Part shown: piece by piece, positions 61,243 to 64,000 of the stretch
Layout of the letters: the number at the start of each line of letters is the position of its first letter
Position numbering within the stretch: position 1 is the first letter of the stretch
Source of the DNA: Candidatus Omnitrophota bacterium
Lineage (GTDB): Bacteria; Omnitrophota; Gorgyraeia; Gygaellales; JBFMHM01
DNA length: 64,000 nucleotides
Direction of reading: 5' to 3'
Assembly: GCA_040753015.1 (NCBI GenBank)
Contig: JBFMHM010000002.1
Span: 36,319 to 100,318 of the forward strand
Position numbers and translations under genes: made by a program
Notes under the pieces: model-generated
What the model was told of the DNA's origin: nothing
What the model saw: the letters and a program-made list of their open reading frames with translations, nothing else
Databases searched by the model: none

Positions 61243-64000
61243 TTAGAAACTATATCTAAGCTGGCCCAGAGCCGTTGAACTACGATAAGTAGGAGTTTTG
61301 GAAATATTGTAAGTCAAGGAAGCATCTAAATCATCCTTTATTTTATAACCTATGGACCCTGCGAATGAATTTGTGAGCCTATTTTTACTAATTTTTTCTT
61401 TACCATAACCTAGAATATAGCTTAAATCGCAGTACAATTTTTTATTAAAAAAACTGTCTGCCAACCTGAATCTAAAATTATTCATCTTTAACTGTTGTGG
61501 GCTATAATAATTATCTGAATCAATTTTTGCATCGTCGTAAATATATTCATATGCTACATATGTATGAGGCATTGGCCAGATTAAATGCGACAAGCTCATC
61601 CTAGCGCTATGCCTCTGATTCTTATCATTATAATCACTATACTGATATTTACCATAGAGAGCAAAATCCAACGGTAGATTAGAATTCAACGCAATAAAAT
61701 TTTCATATGCAGTTGTTTTAGCTCGTACCGCCTTTAGCCTTTCAATATTCTTTAGTGATGTATTAATTATAAGGTAATCAAGAAAAGCAAATTTAGTTTT
61801 ATATCCTAACGAATAATTAACTTTATTGTATTCGCAAGAATAATCCTTATATAAAATTTCTGCTGAACAAGAATTTACACCATTTTTATATATTAATCCT
61901 AAACCGTATTCATTTTCGTGAATCTTACCTGCCCCTTTTTCTTCCAAATAAACCTTCGAATAAAATGGAGTAAAAGAAAAGTTATAATAAGGGCGAATGG
62001 TGAAATAATTTGATAACTTTATATTAGATCTATTACTACTATCATCAAAATAAGAAATGCAAGGACGAAGCTCTATTTTTTTATTCCCCCCCTTCCAACG
62101 CTCAACATCCTTAAGAAGCATCTGGATTTTTACCTGGCTGGATTCAGTAATATGCTTTTTAAATTCTTCTATTTTCAAATCAAAACCAATCTTAAAACGT
62201 TTTAATAAGCAGGGATCATCGCTGGTAAAATTAAATCCGGAATTATCTTGGATAAAACTAAAAAAATAATATTTTTTTACAAACTCTAAATTATTTTCGG
62301 GGGCTTGATTAAAATTTGAAAAATCTAATTGGCCAAATGATCCTTGAGGAAACGCATAAGCATATATATTATTATTTAAAATTTGTTGAAGCTTTTGTTT
62401 TGATTCTAGATAATCTTTTTCTATCCTTAACCTGAATTCTTCACTGCTTTCAAACCTATCTTCTAGCCATTTTTTATTAGCAAGAAATAAAGATTTATGG
62501 CCTTTGTTATCAATAACTATATCTTGATGCGCAAAATCCCCATGGCTTTGAATTTCCCAAATTCCGCTATTTTGATAACTTACTAAATCATTCTTGCTCA
62601 CAAAAAATTCGTCATTGCTCCCTAGGCAGGAAACTGGTACAAACATTACTGCTTTAAAATTTAATTCTTTTAGGATTGGCGTAGCATATTCAAAAGAATC
62701 ACGCCTGGCATCGTCAAAAGTAATCAATACTCCTTTTTTAGGTAGCTTCATTTTTCCTTGATAAGCATTATTTAAATCACTAAGCGAAATTGATTCGTAT
62801 CCAGCATCTCTTAAAGCCATCAACTGCTCTCTAAAATCTTTTACCTTTAAGATATCACTACGCTCAACATCCGATAATCCATGATATAATAAAATTAAAA
62901 AATTGCCTTCTTGAGAATATTTTTTATTTAATCTGATTAAAATATCTTCTGCCTCATTATATTTAAACTGATAAGCCAAAATCCTTGCCCTTGTTATTTG
63001 ATAATCAATATTTGCCCTATCAATGGCAATCAATTGATCATTAATATTGATGGCTTTTTTGTATTGCTTTGATTCAATATATAAATGCATCAGCCCAGAT
63101 TTAGCAGATAGATTATTTGGATTCATAATAATAATGCGTTCATATTGTTTTTTAGACTCATAAAATCTCTGTTTAAAACGAAGAGCATCAGCATACAGTA
63201 ATAACACTGCTATTTGACTCGAATCTATAGATATGCTTCTCTTAGCAAGCTCGATCACCTTATCATAATCTTTTAATTCAAAATTTATGCTAATAAGTTT
63301 ATTTATAATGCTCATATTATCTGGTATTAAGTGATAAATTCTCTCAAACATATCTTTTGCGGCTACAAGATTTTGCCTATAAAAATAATCGTTTGCTTTA
63401 AATTTTAAAGCGCTTAAATTATTGGAATTATTTTCTAAAATATGATCTGCGATTAAAAGCGCTTCTTTGTATTTACCTCTTCTATAAAGACAATTAGCTA
63501 ATCCAATCATATAATTTGCATCACCGGGAGATTCTTTAATCAACTTACGGTATAATACCTCTGCCTCATAGTATTGCTTATTATCAAAATGAACTCTTGC
63601 TAATATACCCATAATCTTTAAATTATTCAGTCTCCTTATATTAATATAACCTAAGCAAAGCGGATCGGTATCTCTATTGTTATATGCATAGGAAGGCATT
63701 AATTTAAACGCGATTTTGAAATTATCTTTTATAATAGATTTATCAATTCGGGTATCTGCAATAACAGTTTTTAAACTAATGTTCTTAAATTTTTTTGAAA
63801 AAAATTTTAACTGTTGATTAAGCTCGCAGTTATCTTTAGCTAAAATGCCCAAATCCCAGTGTTTTGCATTACTCATTACTAACATATCATGCCAAGAAAC
63901 ATAATGAGTATTACGCTCTTCCATGTTTTTTAAATTTAAAATAAATACAGCTTTGAAATTTAATTTTTTAATAATCGGGTTAACGATTTCGTATGTTTGC
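61243..64000 (-). CDS. TPR-repeat + NodB-type polysaccharide deacetylase + C-terminal outer-membrane beta-barrel protein (PgaA/PgaB-like fusion architecture); 5' end probably beyond the window
   Basis: TPR-like helical repeats (residues ~100-330). NodB motif GVLITFDDARRDSFEYATPILKELNFKAVMFV. C-terminal ~330 aa is rich in alternating aromatic/polar beta-strand patterns and ends LRYSF (terminal Phe). The frame upstream of Met 63924 stays open to the window edge and reads ...NPIIKKLNFKAVFILNLK, which resembles the in-gene ILKELNFKAVMFVPV. Confidence 0.5.
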   Translation of the reverse strand, partial: QTYEIVNPIIKKLNFKAVFILNLKNMEERNTHYVSWHDMLVMSNAKHWDLGILAKDNCELNQQLKFFSKKFKNISLKTVIADTRIDKSIIKDNFKIAFKLMPSYAYNNRDTDPLCLGYINIRRLNNLKIMGILARVHFDNKQYYEAEVLYRKLIKESPGDANYMIGLANCLYRRGKYKEALLIADHILENNSNNLSALKFKANDYFYRQNLVAAKDMFERIYHLIPDNMSIINKLISINFELKDYDKVIELAKRSISIDSSQIAVLLLYADALRFKQRFYESKKQYERIIIMNPNNLSAKSGLMHLYIESKQYKKAININDQLIAIDRANIDYQITRARILAYQFKYNEAEDILIRLNKKYSQEGNFLILLYHGLSDVERSDILKVKDFREQLMALRDAGYESISLSDLNNAYQGKMKLPKKGVLITFDDARRDSFEYATPILKELNFKAVMFVPVSCLGSNDEFFVSKNDLVSYQNSGIWEIQSHGDFAHQDIVIDNKGHKSLFLANKKWLEDRFESSEEFRLRIEKDYLESKQKLQQILNNNIYAYAFPQGSFGQLDFSNFNQAPENNLEFVKKYYFFSFIQDNSGFNFTSDDPCLLKRFKIGFDLKIEEFKKHITESSQVKIQMLLKDVERWKGGNKKIELRPCISYFDDSSNRSNIKLSNYFTIRPYYNFSFTPFYSKVYLEEKGAGKIHENEYGLGLIYKNGVNSCSAEILYKDYSCEYNKVNYSLGYKTKFAFLDYLIINTSLKNIERLKAVRAKTTAYENFIALNSNLPLDFALYGKYQYSDYNDKNQRHSARMSLSHLIWPMPHTYVAYEYIYDDAKIDSDNYYSPQQLKMNNFRFRLADSFFNKKLYCDLSYILGYGKEKISKNRLTNSFAGSIGYKIKDDLDASLTYNISKTPTYRSSTALGQLRYSF

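Overview
AT-rich bacterial window (by eye roughly one-third GC). The small 16S/23S fragments I can read do not place it in a lineage; a 16S database search would settle that.

Layout:
1. Co-directional minus-strand block, 1-47927 (~47.5 kb). About 39 genes with almost no intergenic space and many ATGA-type start/stop overlaps.
- Housekeeping genes cvpA, nif3, dnaG and rpoD sit at the promoter-proximal end.
- An EPS-type MarR regulator and a WbpB/WbpD-like oxidoreductase-acetyltransferase fusion follow.
- The rest is a very large glycan biosynthesis/decoration locus. It holds four AsnB-type amidotransferase paralogs, four cobalamin-binding (class B) radical SAM enzymes and two SPASM-type radical SAM enzymes. 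It also holds five SAM methyltransferases, two NodU-type carbamoyltransferases (one truncated by the window edge) and two DegT-family sugar aminotransferases. There are GT2, GT4 and GT-C-like transferases, an SGNH-like protein, an FAD oxidoreductase and a Wzm/Wzt ABC exporter followed by a methyltransferase. One two-gene membrane module of unknown function is tandemly duplicated.
2. A small, strongly promoted secreted protein on the plus strand.
3. A complete minus-strand rRNA operon: 16S, tRNA-Ile(GAU), tRNA-Ala(UGC), 23S, 5S.
4. A GH18-like gene and an AbiEi/AbiEii-like type IV toxin-antitoxin / abortive-infection pair on the plus strand.
5. A 1595-aa secreted repeat protein on the minus strand. 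Its 5' third carries two perfectly identical GC-rich 86-nt in-frame palindromic elements, further in-frame perfect palindromes, and a ~7-copy near-identical 123-nt tandem repeat.
6. A 5'-truncated minus-strand gene encoding a TPR + NodB-deacetylase + C-terminal beta-barrel protein (PgaA/PgaB-like fusion architecture).

No integrase, transposase or CRISPR array was seen.
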